DNA of 64,000 bases from the IMG/VR virus record IMGVR_UViG_3300010430_000014, positions 25,162-89,161 of that record. One strand, 5' to 3'. Every line of letters starts with the position of its first letter. Within the stretch, counting starts at the first letter, position 1. Positions 49,651-59,945 of the stretch are shown here, piece by piece. Under the pieces are notes generated by a model, which was given only the letters and a program-made list of their open reading frames with translations, was not told the DNA's origin and did not search any database. The stretch is from a virus. Position numbers and translations under genes: made by a program.

Positions 49651-50475
49651 TTACATTATTGGTGCTTTAGGAACCCAAGGAAAACCACCATACTCAGCAT
49701 AGTTACTAAAATCATCTTCACATGTTTGATAATTTTTAGCGCACAATTTTACAGCATCTATATTAACACCACTTTCAATTGTATCATCAAATGGAATTCG
49801 TACAATAATCGTTCCTGAATCATTTTCTAAAATAGGTCTAACTGCTCCCATTAAAGCTCCATTTTTTATTTGAACAAATCCAGGTTGAAAATAATTTACC
49901 GCTTTTCCATGTGAACATGTTAAAGTAACACCATCTGACTGAGCAGATAAATTAACATTAGTCGTATAATTAGATAAATCTAATTCACATGTATCATCAT
50001 TACAAAAAGTCCAATTACAACCTGATTGATATATTCTTTTAGGATAAAGTCTATCGAGATAAGGAAAAGGATTTACTGTTAATGTAATCCAATGCTCATC
50101 TCCTTTAGGTTCATCTGTCCATCCTTGAAACAACATAACTTCAGCATCAACATCCCATTGATCCCACATATCCTGCACAGGAAAAACAAGATAAACTTTA
50201 ACTAATTTATTATTATACTTTCCTGACATTATAGCATTTTTAAATTGAAGATCTACATAATCCAATCCTAATTCTAACTCATTTAATATTGTACCTTCCT
50301 CAGATCTAATTGGATTACGCTTTATAGCTAAAGGAATATAATTACCAACTTGTACATTATTAGCTATAAATTTAACATCATCATCTCCATCAATTGAAAA
50401 TTTATATCCGGTTAAAGCAGTTACACCACTTTTATAAAATAAGTATAAATCATTTGCAGAAATATCTTTTGGCAT
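49651..50475 (-). CDS. Tail hub / gpL-like protein with Cys cluster (DUF2163/BR0599-like)
   Basis: YQSGCNWTFC...C, CAKNYQTC..F.N...YGGFPWVP. Confidence 0.85.
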   Translation of the reverse strand: MPKDISANDLYLFYKSGVTALTGYKFSIDGDDDVKFIANNVQVGNYIPLAIKRNPIRSEEGTILNELELGLDYVDLQFKNAIMSGKYNNKLVKVYLVFPVQDMWDQWDVDAEVMLFQGWTDEPKGDEHWITLTVNPFPYLDRLYPKRIYQSGCNWTFCNDDTCELDLSNYTTNVNLSAQSDGVTLTCSHGKAVNYFQPGFVQIKNGALMGAVRPILENDSGTIIVRIPFDDTIESGVNIDAVKLCAKNYQTCEDDFSNYAEYGGFPWVPKAPIM

Positions 50476-50840
50476 TATAACCACTCCCTAAATGTTATAG
50501 TAAATTCCCAAATATTTGCTTTGTTATTAGGATTAGCAAATTCCATTGAATCATATTGAACCTGATAATATGTTCCGTATCCTGCATTCCAAATAGTAGG
50601 CAATATATTCCATTGAAAATTTGTTAATGGGCCTTGATTATCATTGTAATGAGCAAGTATTAATGCCATCTCAGCATTAGTTCTTCCACGTATTTCAACA
50701 CTCCATCCACGCATAGGCTCAGTTGATTTCAATCGAGTCTTACGTTTCCATCCTTCAAAATCTGTTTGTAAGACATTCCATTTAGGTGTATGAATATCTA
50801 TTGAATGTACCGGAAAATTAAAAGGATCACCTGCTGCCAT
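50475..50840 (-). CDS. Distal tail protein (gpM-like)
   Basis: Directly after tape measure; TDFEG..R, F.W, FTITFRE pattern. Confidence 0.7.
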   Translation of the reverse strand: MAAGDPFNFPVHSIDIHTPKWNVLQTDFEGWKRKTRLKSTEPMRGWSVEIRGRTNAEMALILAHYNDNQGPLTNFQWNILPTIWNAGYGTYYQVQYDSMEFANPNNKANIWEFTITFREWL

Positions 50841-50850
50841 AATTTACTCC

Positions 50851-53800
50851 TTAATAAGCGTTTTGAATTCCTTTTCTAATAGGTTTATTCTGTTTTAAAC
50901 TTTTAACCATTTGACCTTGTATTGTATCAGAGTGCTTCATTAAGAATTGCACACCTGTTTGTGTATCAATAGAATTTATATGAATTGGCATATGATATTC
51001 AACTTTTTGTTGTGGTGCTGTTCTTTGCATTTTTTTCATAGGAGCAATAATTTCATCTTCTCCATATTTAGTATTCTCTCCAAAATTATATGTTTCACCA
51101 GATTGCAATCCTTTACCTACAATTGGTTCTGTAATTCGACCACCTTCAGCAAAACCATATCCTTGATAACCTCCGGTGTCCATTCCATAAGAACCTGCCC
51201 ATCCTGCTGCTCCTCCTGCCCCTCCACCATATGCTTTCATTGCTACTGATCCTATTGCTTTAGCCCATCCCAAAGCATCATTACCCATTTTAGCGTAACC
51301 CTGCATTGATGCACTACCTATACCACCACCTTGCATTATAGATTGAATAATTGCCATATTTCCATCAGATATTACTCCTGTCGTTTCTTTAACTGCATTA
51401 GTAGTTCCTTGCACCTTTGAAGAAAGAGATTGTCCAAAATCTTCAAACCCAGGAACTTCATTTACTATATAAACAGGTATAGGATCTCGTTCTATTCCCT
51501 CTTTACCAAGTAAAGGTATAGTATCCAATGAAGGTATTGCTTCAGGATTAGTTATATTAACAGGAATTGATTTAGTAGCAGTAATTTCTTGCGCTCCACC
51601 TTCTTTAACTTTACCACCAGGAAACATTCCAAAAAATCCTGCCATTGGTGATTCAGATCCAGATCCCAAAGCACCCATCAATTGATCTGTAATTGATCGT
51701 TTAATAACTATCTTCAAAACATCTTTGATAATTTGTTTTTGCAAAGCATCCAATGCATCTTGTACTGATTCAATACCATCTACAATTTGAGTTAAACTAT
51801 CAGTAAAACCATCTGACCATGATTTAGATGCTTCAACTATATCATTCCAAATGGGTTTTTGTTTTTTTAATAATTCTCTCTCAGTTACTTTAGTCAATTC
51901 TTTTAATTGTTCTTGAAGGGCTTTAACATATCGTTGTGCTTCTATTGATCCTTCTCTGGTTGACCATTGACCATCTTTAACCCATTTTTTATATGTTACA
52001 TCGATTTCCTTTTGAATATCTCCTAATGATTTTTTATAACTTGTTTTTAATTCAAGTATTTCACCTTTTAATTGTTCTATAGGTGAAAAACTTCCCATCA
52101 TATAAGCTGCCTTTTTAGTTGTTACTTCAAGTTCTGCTGTCGATGCTTTATGTGCCATACTCATACGTTCAATTTCAATACGTTCTTTTCTTGTAACATC
52201 AAGCAATTTTTTCATTTCATCATATTGTTTAGGCAACCAATTTTTTGCTAATTTTTCAGCTTTTAATTCAATCTTAGCAAATTCATTATTTATTTTTGTA
52301 ACATTATCAACTACACGATGAGAAGTTAACTGCTGTTGCATTGATTTAATTTCTTTAGCAGTTGCTTCTATATCATCTTGCTGTCTTTCACCAAATGCAG
52401 CTTGTAGTTGTTTTGAAAATTTTTCAAACTCTGCTCTAATAAGAGGATTTTTAACTCTAAGTTCATCTAATTTTGCAATTGTTTTAGTAAGCCATTTTTC
52501 AGTTTTTTCTGCTCTGGTTAAATCCTTTGGAGCAAGACTTTCCCAAAATGTTTTATATTCACGTTCCCATCCTGCCATCTTTTTTGATTTCTTTTTCCAC
52601 CAATCGTCTAATTGTTTTTGTTCCTTTTTTTGTAAAATAACAAAATATTCATTGACCTCAGTAAGTTCTTTTCTATATTCACCAATTAATTTTGCATACT
52701 GTACATATTTATTAGGATCTACATCTATTTCTCCTGCATTAACTTGTTTTCTCAATGATAATATTTTATTTATATTTGCTTCAAGTTGTTCTGCATATAA
52801 TGTATATTCCTTTGCAGCAAATTCTCTTGCTTGTTTAAATTTCTCCGGCCCCTCTAATCCTGCAAGAGTAGCTTGTTGCATTTTACCCATAAGTTGTCCG
52901 GCTTTTTCTCCCATCATCATCATATTATGGGGTAATTGCCATAACTCACCAAGATCTGATTTTTCAGGCCAAATACCTTGTGCTTTTTTACCCATATCTT
53001 CCATTTGTTCATTAATATCACTGATACCTTTATGTGCTGATTTAAACCATCCTCCTTCTCCTATCCATATATCTTTTATATCCTTATTAGCTTTTTCTCC
53101 TGCTTTAACAAAACCACCCCATCCTTTTTTCATTTTACTCCATGATAAATCAAAAACACCACCCCACATCTCTAATATACCTACCATTCTTCCTTTCCAA
53201 GCATCAATAGCAACAACAATAGATTTTATTAAAGCTGCAATAGCTTGAAGTATTATACCAATCATATTAAAAGCCTGTAAAATTACTTGCATTAAAAATA
53301 TTAATCCAGACGCTTCATTCTTAGTCTTTTTAGCTGCATCTGCCATTCCAAGCATTGAAGCAGCAGCAACATTTGCTGAACTTACCACACCACCTAAAGC
53401 TAATGCCATATTTCCAATAGAACTAACAATTGATACAGTAATATTAAATAATATTCTAAAGGCATTTAAAGTAGCAGTTATCATTGCAGCTAATTCTACA
53501 CCTTTTTCTGTTAATTGATAAAATCCATCTTCTGTTTTTGTTACAAATATATCAATTAACGCATTTAAATCTTTTACCCAATCCAACATAAACTTTTCAC
53601 CACCAATACGTGCTATAAGTTTCCCTACAGTAGCAATTCTATTTTTAACCTGTTCCCATTCATTTATCATTTGATTATTCATTTCAGAAAAAGGTCTAAG
53701 TGCTTCTGCAAGAACTTCAATTAAATTTTTTCCTTCTTTTTTACCATCATCAATTAACTTTGTAATATTAATACCCATAACCTGAAACATCTTAGCCAAT

Positions 53801-56352
53801 TGATCGGTTGCTCTTTGTCTACCCTGAATTACAGCATAAAGTTCCTGCCTCATTTGAACTCCGGCATTAGCCATACCTTCAGTCAATGCCTTAATAGCCA
53901 CACCAATAGTAGCTATCCTTTGTACATCCCGTTGTGTTTTAGGAACAATACCTGCTTGTGCAAGAGTTTTAGTCAGCATCAACATATCCTCAAGAGATAA
54001 AATAGTATCTGCTGCCACCATCTCTAATTGAGTCATTAATGATCTTGCATAATTATATGCCTTATCAAATGCTTCTTTTTGTTTTTCTACCATTTGAAAA
54101 GATATTGCTGCTGCTATTGAAAAAGCACTTTTACGATAATCAGATATTGAATCAAGCATTTTTATAATAGTTCGATTTACAAACCAAACTGCTCTTGTAA
54201 TAAGATATATAATTGCTGCAACCTGCCATCTAAAATTACGAACCATTTCCCAAGAATTTCTAATTGATCCTGCTAATGATTTTCGATGAGCAGTTGCCAT
54301 TCTTCTTTGCATTTGCATTGACAATTTTTCATATTCTCTTATATGTTGTCTTAGCACATTCATCTGTTCTTTCATCTTAGCTGTTTGTGCTGACATTCCT
54401 GCTCCACCTAAACCTGCTCTTTGTAATCTTCTCAACCTTTCTAATTGTTGATTTAATTCCACTACTCTATTTTTATAATTTTTAACCGCTTTTCCTACTT
54501 GCTCAATAAATGCTTGCCCTTCTTTTAAATGTTCTGGTTTAACCATTCTTTTTTTACTTAATTCATCAATGCGATTACCTATCATTTTATAAGATTGTTC
54601 AATTTTTTTCAAATTAGCTTCTATTGTTTTAGAAGGAATCATACTTTTAGCTACTGCATTTCTAATACGATTAACCGTTTGTATAATTTCTTTTTCAGAC
54701 CGTTTTATCGTTGCAATAGGTAAAACAGATCTTTTAATACTATCACCTATTTGCTTATGTATTTTTTCTAATTTTATCTGATATGCTCTCCATGATGCTG
54801 CTGATCTTTTATTTGCTGCAAGTACTATCTGTGTACCTGCATTAGCTATTTCTTTTTGTAAAGCTAATAACGTTTTACGGGCAGCAGCAATTTTAGAAGC
54901 ATGTTTTCTTTCACCTACTTCAATTTCCTTTAATTTTGCTTTAACAATAGCTACATTTTTTTCACTTACTGGCCCTATTTTACGCAATTCACCAACTATA
55001 CCTCTAATAGCAAATGCTATTTTATTTGCTTGAGCTATACCACCTTGTAAAAATTTATCTCTTTGCATTTGTGGTACTTTTGAAATTTCTTTTTGTGTTC
55101 TCAAATATTCTTGACGAAATTCTTTTATCTTAGTAATAACTGCTTCAAACCTACGAATTTGTGGTCGAGTATTTACTAAACCTGACTTCTCAAATATTTT
55201 TGCTTGTTTTAATAAATCTTGAAAATGCTTTTGTTTCTTTACCAAAGATGCATCTAATTCTTTTCCTTTCATAGCAGCTTGATAAAATGCATCTCCTGTT
55301 CTTTTTCCAGAAAGTCGTGCAAGGCTTTCAAGGTTCTTCCATCGAGTTTTAAACATCGATTCAAGGTTTAGACTTCTTAATTCTTTTTTAAATGCATTAA
55401 CTCCTGCTTGTGCTTGCTTTCTAAAAACCTCAGTAATAACTCCTTGTCCTGAACGAAACTTTTGAATCTTATTAAACATAAATTCATATTCAGATTCTAA
55501 AGTTTTTAAATTTCTTCTTGCTTGCATAACTGCTATTTTTTGTTCAGCAGCTAAACTTTTATTTGTCTGTTTTGACAATAATAATTTTTGTTTTTCATAA
55601 TGCTGTTGTGCTTTTATTCTTTGCTTATCATGTTGACTTAATAATTTATCTAAAACTTTAATTTGAGCAGCACGTTCCTTTAAAAACCTTGTTCCTGCTT
55701 CTACACCACCTGCTTTAGTCATAAATCTTTGCTGCTGCTGAAGTTCTCTAAACTTACTACGCATATCATTAACAGAATTATTCACCGCAACTGCTGCTGC
55801 TCTTGATCCTTGCATAATAGTTTTCATCGATTCATTAACAGCATTACTCAATCTTTTTACCACTAATTGTCTTGTTATTTTTGTAAATTTATCTATTTCT
55901 CCTTTAATTTTATTAAGTTCTTTCTTTATAGAATCCAAAAGCATTGTTTTTTCTTCTAAACCCAAATGTGGATCTTTTCCTACACCAACTGCTCTCTTTG
56001 TTAATGCTGCTTGTTGTCTTCTTCTTTGTTGTATTCTTTGATGTTGTTTATCAACAAGTGCTGTAATTCTCATTGATTCAGCACGAACACCCTGCATGGC
56101 ATCTCTTGTAAAAGCAAGTAATCCCTGAACTTCCTTTTTATTGCCTTTATACATGGCAGTAAAAGTTTTAGAAGTAGTTCTTGCAAGTTCATTCATACTT
56201 GAACCAACTTGGCGTGATAGCGTATTTGTATCTTTGGTAAATTTATCAAACGCACCAATTTGGTCTTTAAGAACTTTTTTAAAATTAGTTTGTAATTCTA
56301 AAACAATTTTCTGAATTTGTTCTTGTCCTGTACTTGAGATGCCTCCAGGCAT
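50851..56352 (-). CDS. Tail tape measure protein
   Basis: 1833 aa helical, Ala/Lys/Gln-rich, central hydrophobic stretch, C-terminal GFAEGG..GE; follows the chaperone pair. Confidence 0.92.
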   Translation of the reverse strand: MPGGISSTGQEQIQKIVLELQTNFKKVLKDQIGAFDKFTKDTNTLSRQVGSSMNELARTTSKTFTAMYKGNKKEVQGLLAFTRDAMQGVRAESMRITALVDKQHQRIQQRRRQQAALTKRAVGVGKDPHLGLEEKTMLLDSIKKELNKIKGEIDKFTKITRQLVVKRLSNAVNESMKTIMQGSRAAAVAVNNSVNDMRSKFRELQQQQRFMTKAGGVEAGTRFLKERAAQIKVLDKLLSQHDKQRIKAQQHYEKQKLLLSKQTNKSLAAEQKIAVMQARRNLKTLESEYEFMFNKIQKFRSGQGVITEVFRKQAQAGVNAFKKELRSLNLESMFKTRWKNLESLARLSGKRTGDAFYQAAMKGKELDASLVKKQKHFQDLLKQAKIFEKSGLVNTRPQIRRFEAVITKIKEFRQEYLRTQKEISKVPQMQRDKFLQGGIAQANKIAFAIRGIVGELRKIGPVSEKNVAIVKAKLKEIEVGERKHASKIAAARKTLLALQKEIANAGTQIVLAANKRSAASWRAYQIKLEKIHKQIGDSIKRSVLPIATIKRSEKEIIQTVNRIRNAVAKSMIPSKTIEANLKKIEQSYKMIGNRIDELSKKRMVKPEHLKEGQAFIEQVGKAVKNYKNRVVELNQQLERLRRLQRAGLGGAGMSAQTAKMKEQMNVLRQHIREYEKLSMQMQRRMATAHRKSLAGSIRNSWEMVRNFRWQVAAIIYLITRAVWFVNRTIIKMLDSISDYRKSAFSIAAAISFQMVEKQKEAFDKAYNYARSLMTQLEMVAADTILSLEDMLMLTKTLAQAGIVPKTQRDVQRIATIGVAIKALTEGMANAGVQMRQELYAVIQGRQRATDQLAKMFQVMGINITKLIDDGKKEGKNLIEVLAEALRPFSEMNNQMINEWEQVKNRIATVGKLIARIGGEKFMLDWVKDLNALIDIFVTKTEDGFYQLTEKGVELAAMITATLNAFRILFNITVSIVSSIGNMALALGGVVSSANVAAASMLGMADAAKKTKNEASGLIFLMQVILQAFNMIGIILQAIAALIKSIVVAIDAWKGRMVGILEMWGGVFDLSWSKMKKGWGGFVKAGEKANKDIKDIWIGEGGWFKSAHKGISDINEQMEDMGKKAQGIWPEKSDLGELWQLPHNMMMMGEKAGQLMGKMQQATLAGLEGPEKFKQAREFAAKEYTLYAEQLEANINKILSLRKQVNAGEIDVDPNKYVQYAKLIGEYRKELTEVNEYFVILQKKEQKQLDDWWKKKSKKMAGWEREYKTFWESLAPKDLTRAEKTEKWLTKTIAKLDELRVKNPLIRAEFEKFSKQLQAAFGERQQDDIEATAKEIKSMQQQLTSHRVVDNVTKINNEFAKIELKAEKLAKNWLPKQYDEMKKLLDVTRKERIEIERMSMAHKASTAELEVTTKKAAYMMGSFSPIEQLKGEILELKTSYKKSLGDIQKEIDVTYKKWVKDGQWSTREGSIEAQRYVKALQEQLKELTKVTERELLKKQKPIWNDIVEASKSWSDGFTDSLTQIVDGIESVQDALDALQKQIIKDVLKIVIKRSITDQLMGALGSGSESPMAGFFGMFPGGKVKEGGAQEITATKSIPVNITNPEAIPSLDTIPLLGKEGIERDPIPVYIVNEVPGFEDFGQSLSSKVQGTTNAVKETTGVISDGNMAIIQSIMQGGGIGSASMQGYAKMGNDALGWAKAIGSVAMKAYGGGAGGAAGWAGSYGMDTGGYQGYGFAEGGRITEPIVGKGLQSGETYNFGENTKYGEDEIIAPMKKMQRTAPQQKVEYHMPIHINSIDTQTGVQFLMKHSDTIQGQMVKSLKQNKPIRKGIQNAY

Positions 56353-56362
56353 AACTATCTCC

Positions 56363-56686
56363 TTATCGTTGCCATTTTTTCAATTGACTTGCAGCATCAG
56401 GATTAAAATCCCAACTAATACTGGTTGAAGGATCTTGTCCACCAGATCTATAAATTAAACTTAATTTTCTTTCTTGATCCTCCAATTGCTTAACCCCTTT
56501 TGCCGGATCTGAAAAAGCAACAGCTACATCACTTACAAAAAGTTTACGTTGTCGAAGCATTTCAAAATCAATTGCCTGTTTAACATAAAAATATTTTTTA
56601 TAAGGCATTTGATCAAGATCTTCAAAAGTATATGCTCCTCCAAGGAAATTGATTATCGCTGCAAATTCCTTGCAACGTGCAATTAG
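56363..56686 (-). CDS. Tail assembly chaperone, -1 frameshift extension (GT-like)
   Basis: The -1 frame is open from the slippery site (LIARCKEFAAIINFLGGAYTFEDLDQ) into the 56608-56363 ORF. Confidence 0.8.
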   Translation of the reverse strand, partial: LIARCKEFAAIINFLGGAYTFEDLDQMPYKKYFYVKQAIDFEMLRQRKLFVSDVAVAFSDPAKGVKQLEDQERKLSLIYRSGGQDPSTSISWDFNPDAASQLKKWQR

Positions 56687-57054
56687 TTTTTTTCCGAATC
56701 CTTATCTTCTTCTCCACTACCAATTTGACTGAAAACTAATTCCAATACTCTATTTTTCAGTCTTATAGGCCAATTTCCAAATTCTTCTTGATCTATTTGT
56801 TTAAGATTCTTGCCATCAATCTTACTGACACATTCATGTAAAATTGTATTTTGACAATCCAAAAGTTCAGCTTCTTCTTCATCAGTAAGAGATTCATCAT
56901 TTTCTGTCTTACTTAAAGTAGTAATTTTTTTACTAAGCCCCATAACCTTTTTCATTTTAACATCATTCATCGGAGGGATTTCAAACTTATCTCCCAACAC
57001 GTTAAAATGTACTGATTGAACAAGATCATTTAAGTCTATCGATTTCTCAGTCAT
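56683..57054 (-). CDS. Tail assembly chaperone (G-like)
   Basis: Acidic 123 aa, ends EKN at the slippery site; AAGGAGG RBS. Confidence 0.8.
   Translation of the reverse strand: MTEKSIDLNDLVQSVHFNVLGDKFEIPPMNDVKMKKVMGLSKKITTLSKTENDESLTDEEEAELLDCQNTILHECVSKIDGKNLKQIDQEEFGNWPIRLKNRVLELVFSQIGSGEEDKDSEKN
56686..56692 (-). promoter_or_regulatory. Programmed -1 frameshift slippery heptamer A AAA AAC
   Basis: TCG GAA AAA AAC TAA at the end of the chaperone gene, just upstream of tape measure. Confidence 0.8.
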
Positions 57055-57105
57055 TGTAATACCTCCTTAATTAACAATTAGTTATTAGTTAAAACACATT
57101 AACCA

Positions 57106-57429
57106 CTACCCATCGAAAACATCAAAGTCAATATAAAATACCTCTTGACTTTCTTCCGCAGTTACTACTTTTATTTTTATTCTATATTCTTGATTATGTA
57201 CTCCTGCTCTAATATAAGGCTTTAAAATATTTCCCACAGTATATGTACATTTAATAACATCAAGAATAGTAGAGCTTTCATCGGAACCTGTTTCTTTATT
57301 TTTTGCAGTAAAATTTACAGAATTTAAAGTTTCAGTTCCTACCCAACTACTAATATCCAGTTGTGCAAAAAATTGAGAATAAGAGGGCTTTGACTTACCA
57401 ATTTGAAAGTACCTTTCATCATCATACAT
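57106..57429 (-). CDS. Small Ig-like fibre adaptor candidate
   Basis: LDISSWV..ETL.S...IRAG...EYRIKIKVVT pattern, resembling small phage fibre-attachment proteins. Confidence 0.5.
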   Translation of the reverse strand: MYDDERYFQIGKSKPSYSQFFAQLDISSWVGTETLNSVNFTAKNKETGSDESSTILDVIKCTYTVGNILKPYIRAGVHNQEYRIKIKVVTAEESQEVFYIDFDVFDG

Positions 57430-57779
57430 TAGATATATACCTCATAATCCTTTCTGGTTATTAAAGTATTTCCTCTTGAAAATAACCAAAATCTATAATT
57501 ATTAGTCACAATACAATTTACATATTCTGATAAATTAAACCCAATTTTTTGTTTTAAAAAACCACGACCAAAACGCCTTATAAATCTTTCACCATTATTT
57601 ATATCAATTAAAATATCGTGTTTTGGCAGAATTGCAATTTTTGGCAAAAAAGTAATTCTAACAACTTCATCAGGATTTAAACTTTTCCAAGTATTTTCTG
57701 TTCCATCATCATTAAACTGTTTAAGAACAGTTCCATCAGCAGTTTCCATTTCATATCGATATACCACATTTGGTTTCAT
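57429..57779 (-). CDS. Hypothetical protein
   Basis: Coupled to neighbours; DG.VLKQF motif. Confidence 0.6.
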   Translation of the reverse strand: MKPNVVYRYEMETADGTVLKQFNDDGTENTWKSLNPDEVVRITFLPKIAILPKHDILIDINNGERFIRRFGRGFLKQKIGFNLSEYVNCIVTNNYRFWLFSRGNTLITRKDYEVYI

Positions 57780-58079
57780 TTAAATTTTCTCCATTGGTAA
57801 CTGACATATTTTTGCCAAAGCAGGATCTAACCTCCCATCATATATCCGGCAAACTTCAGGTCGTTTTATATAAATTTTACAACCTTCATCTGTTAACTGA
57901 GGACAAGGATGGTAAAGTAAAAAATAAACCCTATTATCTTTAACTGTTATTATTTTTATATTTCTTATTGCAGCAAATTGTTCATACAAATAATATGAGC
58001 CTTTGATCTCAAGATCAAAACTAATATTTTTACAACATTCAAGGCATTCAAGACAAATATTATTATTATTTTTCGACAT
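57780..58079 (-). CDS. YkgJ-like cysteine-cluster protein
   Basis: CLECLECC...CPQL...CKIYIKRPEVCRIY. Confidence 0.85.
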   Translation of the reverse strand: MSKNNNNICLECLECCKNISFDLEIKGSYYLYEQFAAIRNIKIITVKDNRVYFLLYHPCPQLTDEGCKIYIKRPEVCRIYDGRLDPALAKICQLPMEKI

Positions 58080-59310
58080 ACCAAATAGTATCGATGGTTT
58101 TAATTTTTAAATTTTTCTTTTTAAAATAATCATCTACTGCTCTCACAACTTCAAGAAATCCAGAAGAATAATCATGACCACAAACAAGTTTTGTAGTTCC
58201 TGGTTCATAATTTTCTAAATCTTCCGTAACTTCTTTATACAAATGACCTCCATCAAAAAAAGTCATTTCAGATTGAAAAGGATCATCCGTAGAATTTAAA
58301 TGCTTAAATGCATTTGTACTGTTCATTTTCAAAACATCTAAATTATTAAAACAAGCAGTATTCCTTTTAAATATTTCATAAATGTTTACTCCATCTTCAA
58401 TTTCTTTAAAAGCACCACGATACAATTCACCACGTTCAGGTAATTGCACAGGATCATCAGTACCTTCAAAATGATCAATGGCAGTTACATGCCCCTCAGT
58501 ACAACCAGAGCATAATGCATGAGTACTCTTACCCTTCCAAGAACCGATTTCCACAATTGATTTCATCCTCTTTGCACTTTGATATAAAAAATTTTGTTCC
58601 CGAACACTCATCCATCCAAGAATATCATTGCAATAATGATAATCCATTGTAAGAGCTAATTGATGATCTAATTTTTTAATTGTTTTCTTTCCAATGTGTC
58701 CAATATCTACATTAGGAACACACGCCATTTCAATACCTTCAAGATTGCATCGATGGCAAAAAGACAAATCCTCACCTAACTCTCTACCATTATCCAATTG
58801 CCAAAAATTAAAAGGTCTTCCAAATTTTTTAATTCGTTTTTCATTAAGAAAATATTTAATAATTTCATTTTTAAAATAAGATACCCCAATAGGTACTCCT
58901 TTTACAAGCCAGGGTTTATTAGGAATATCGTTATCTTTATAAGAACGAAAGGCATAATCAGTTTCCACATTATCCTCTACAAACACAAGTGGAGGATGGG
59001 GAGAACGAACAGCATAATAAAGTCCACCAATAACAGGGGCCAAATCACATTCAATGAGTTTAACAACATCAGGAGGAGAAAACTCCATATCAGTATCCAA
59101 AGATATAAGATCGTATCCTTCCTTTAAAGCGTCATCAAAAAGAGCATTTCGTTGAGAAGAAATTACTGTTCCTTCTTTATACATAACATCCACAAAATAC
59201 CCTTTTTGAGCCAAATGAAAAATAAGGTTTGTAATAGCTAATTGAAATTTAGGTTCTGGTAAATTCTTATAATAAGGAACACCGATCATTATTTTTTTAT
59301 CATCATTCAT
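58066..59310 (-). CDS. GT-A (GT2-like) glycosyltransferase fused to class I methyltransferase
   Basis: IGVP, QRN, LDTD (DxD), GEDLSFC, GHIG; then GWMS, VEIGSWKGKST, IDHF, FFDGGHLY, GHDY. Confidence 0.88.
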   Translation of the reverse strand: MNDDKKIMIGVPYYKNLPEPKFQLAITNLIFHLAQKGYFVDVMYKEGTVISSQRNALFDDALKEGYDLISLDTDMEFSPPDVVKLIECDLAPVIGGLYYAVRSPHPPLVFVEDNVETDYAFRSYKDNDIPNKPWLVKGVPIGVSYFKNEIIKYFLNEKRIKKFGRPFNFWQLDNGRELGEDLSFCHRCNLEGIEMACVPNVDIGHIGKKTIKKLDHQLALTMDYHYCNDILGWMSVREQNFLYQSAKRMKSIVEIGSWKGKSTHALCSGCTEGHVTAIDHFEGTDDPVQLPERGELYRGAFKEIEDGVNIYEIFKRNTACFNNLDVLKMNSTNAFKHLNSTDDPFQSEMTFFDGGHLYKEVTEDLENYEPGTTKLVCGHDYSSGFLEVVRAVDDYFKKKNLKIKTIDTIWYVEK

Positions 59311-59363
59311 GAGTTTTCTCCTCCTGATTAACCACTTTTTAATTATGTTAACAGAATTAACTT

Positions 59364-59858
59364 TTAAGTTTCATCATAAGCAAATGTTAATGTCTCTGGA
59401 GTTAAAGCCCCAGGACTTGCAGTATTTGTAACAGTCATTTGCAAACGAAGATGATCACCATAGTTTCCAGTATCAGTCTTTCCGGTAGTGTCATTTGTTT
59501 GATCCATATCAATAGCTGCACCATCGGTTTTTGTAAAAAGATCTGTTCCAGAAATATCGGCATCCGTCTGAGTTGCAAATGTCTGCAAAGTATCATACTG
59601 AACACCAACACCTGTTCCGAAACCACTTGAACCATCTGAATAGGCACGAAGATTAGTAAGATCAACTGAAGGCGCACCTGTAATATTAGCCCTCAATTGC
59701 TTTGTATAAGAATAATCCGTACCTGCCCCTGGAATTTGCAGACGATCAGCAGTATCAACTGTTGTGTCATCTGCCGATTTAAACCTGACAGTATCACTCG
59801 TTTTGTCTACCCCCTGAGTGTCCGTTGTCATTTCCCAAATTTGAACTGTTGCTGTCAT
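59364..59858 (-). CDS. Beta-rich structural subunit ending TFAYDET (fibre subunit candidate)
   Basis: Thr/Asp/Gly-rich; RFKSAD, IP...YSY.K.LR, LQMTV..ASPG..ETLTFAYDET. Confidence 0.7.
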   Translation of the reverse strand: MTATVQIWEMTTDTQGVDKTSDTVRFKSADDTTVDTADRLQIPGAGTDYSYTKQLRANITGAPSVDLTNLRAYSDGSSGFGTGVGVQYDTLQTFATQTDADISGTDLFTKTDGAAIDMDQTNDTTGKTDTGNYGDHLRLQMTVTNTASPGALTPETLTFAYDET

Positions 59859-59945
59859 AATACTTCTCCTATTGTCATTCGCATACCGTAAAGCACCTCC
59901 TGACGTTTAAAGTTAATATTATAGGAACTCATGTAACATAATTAA

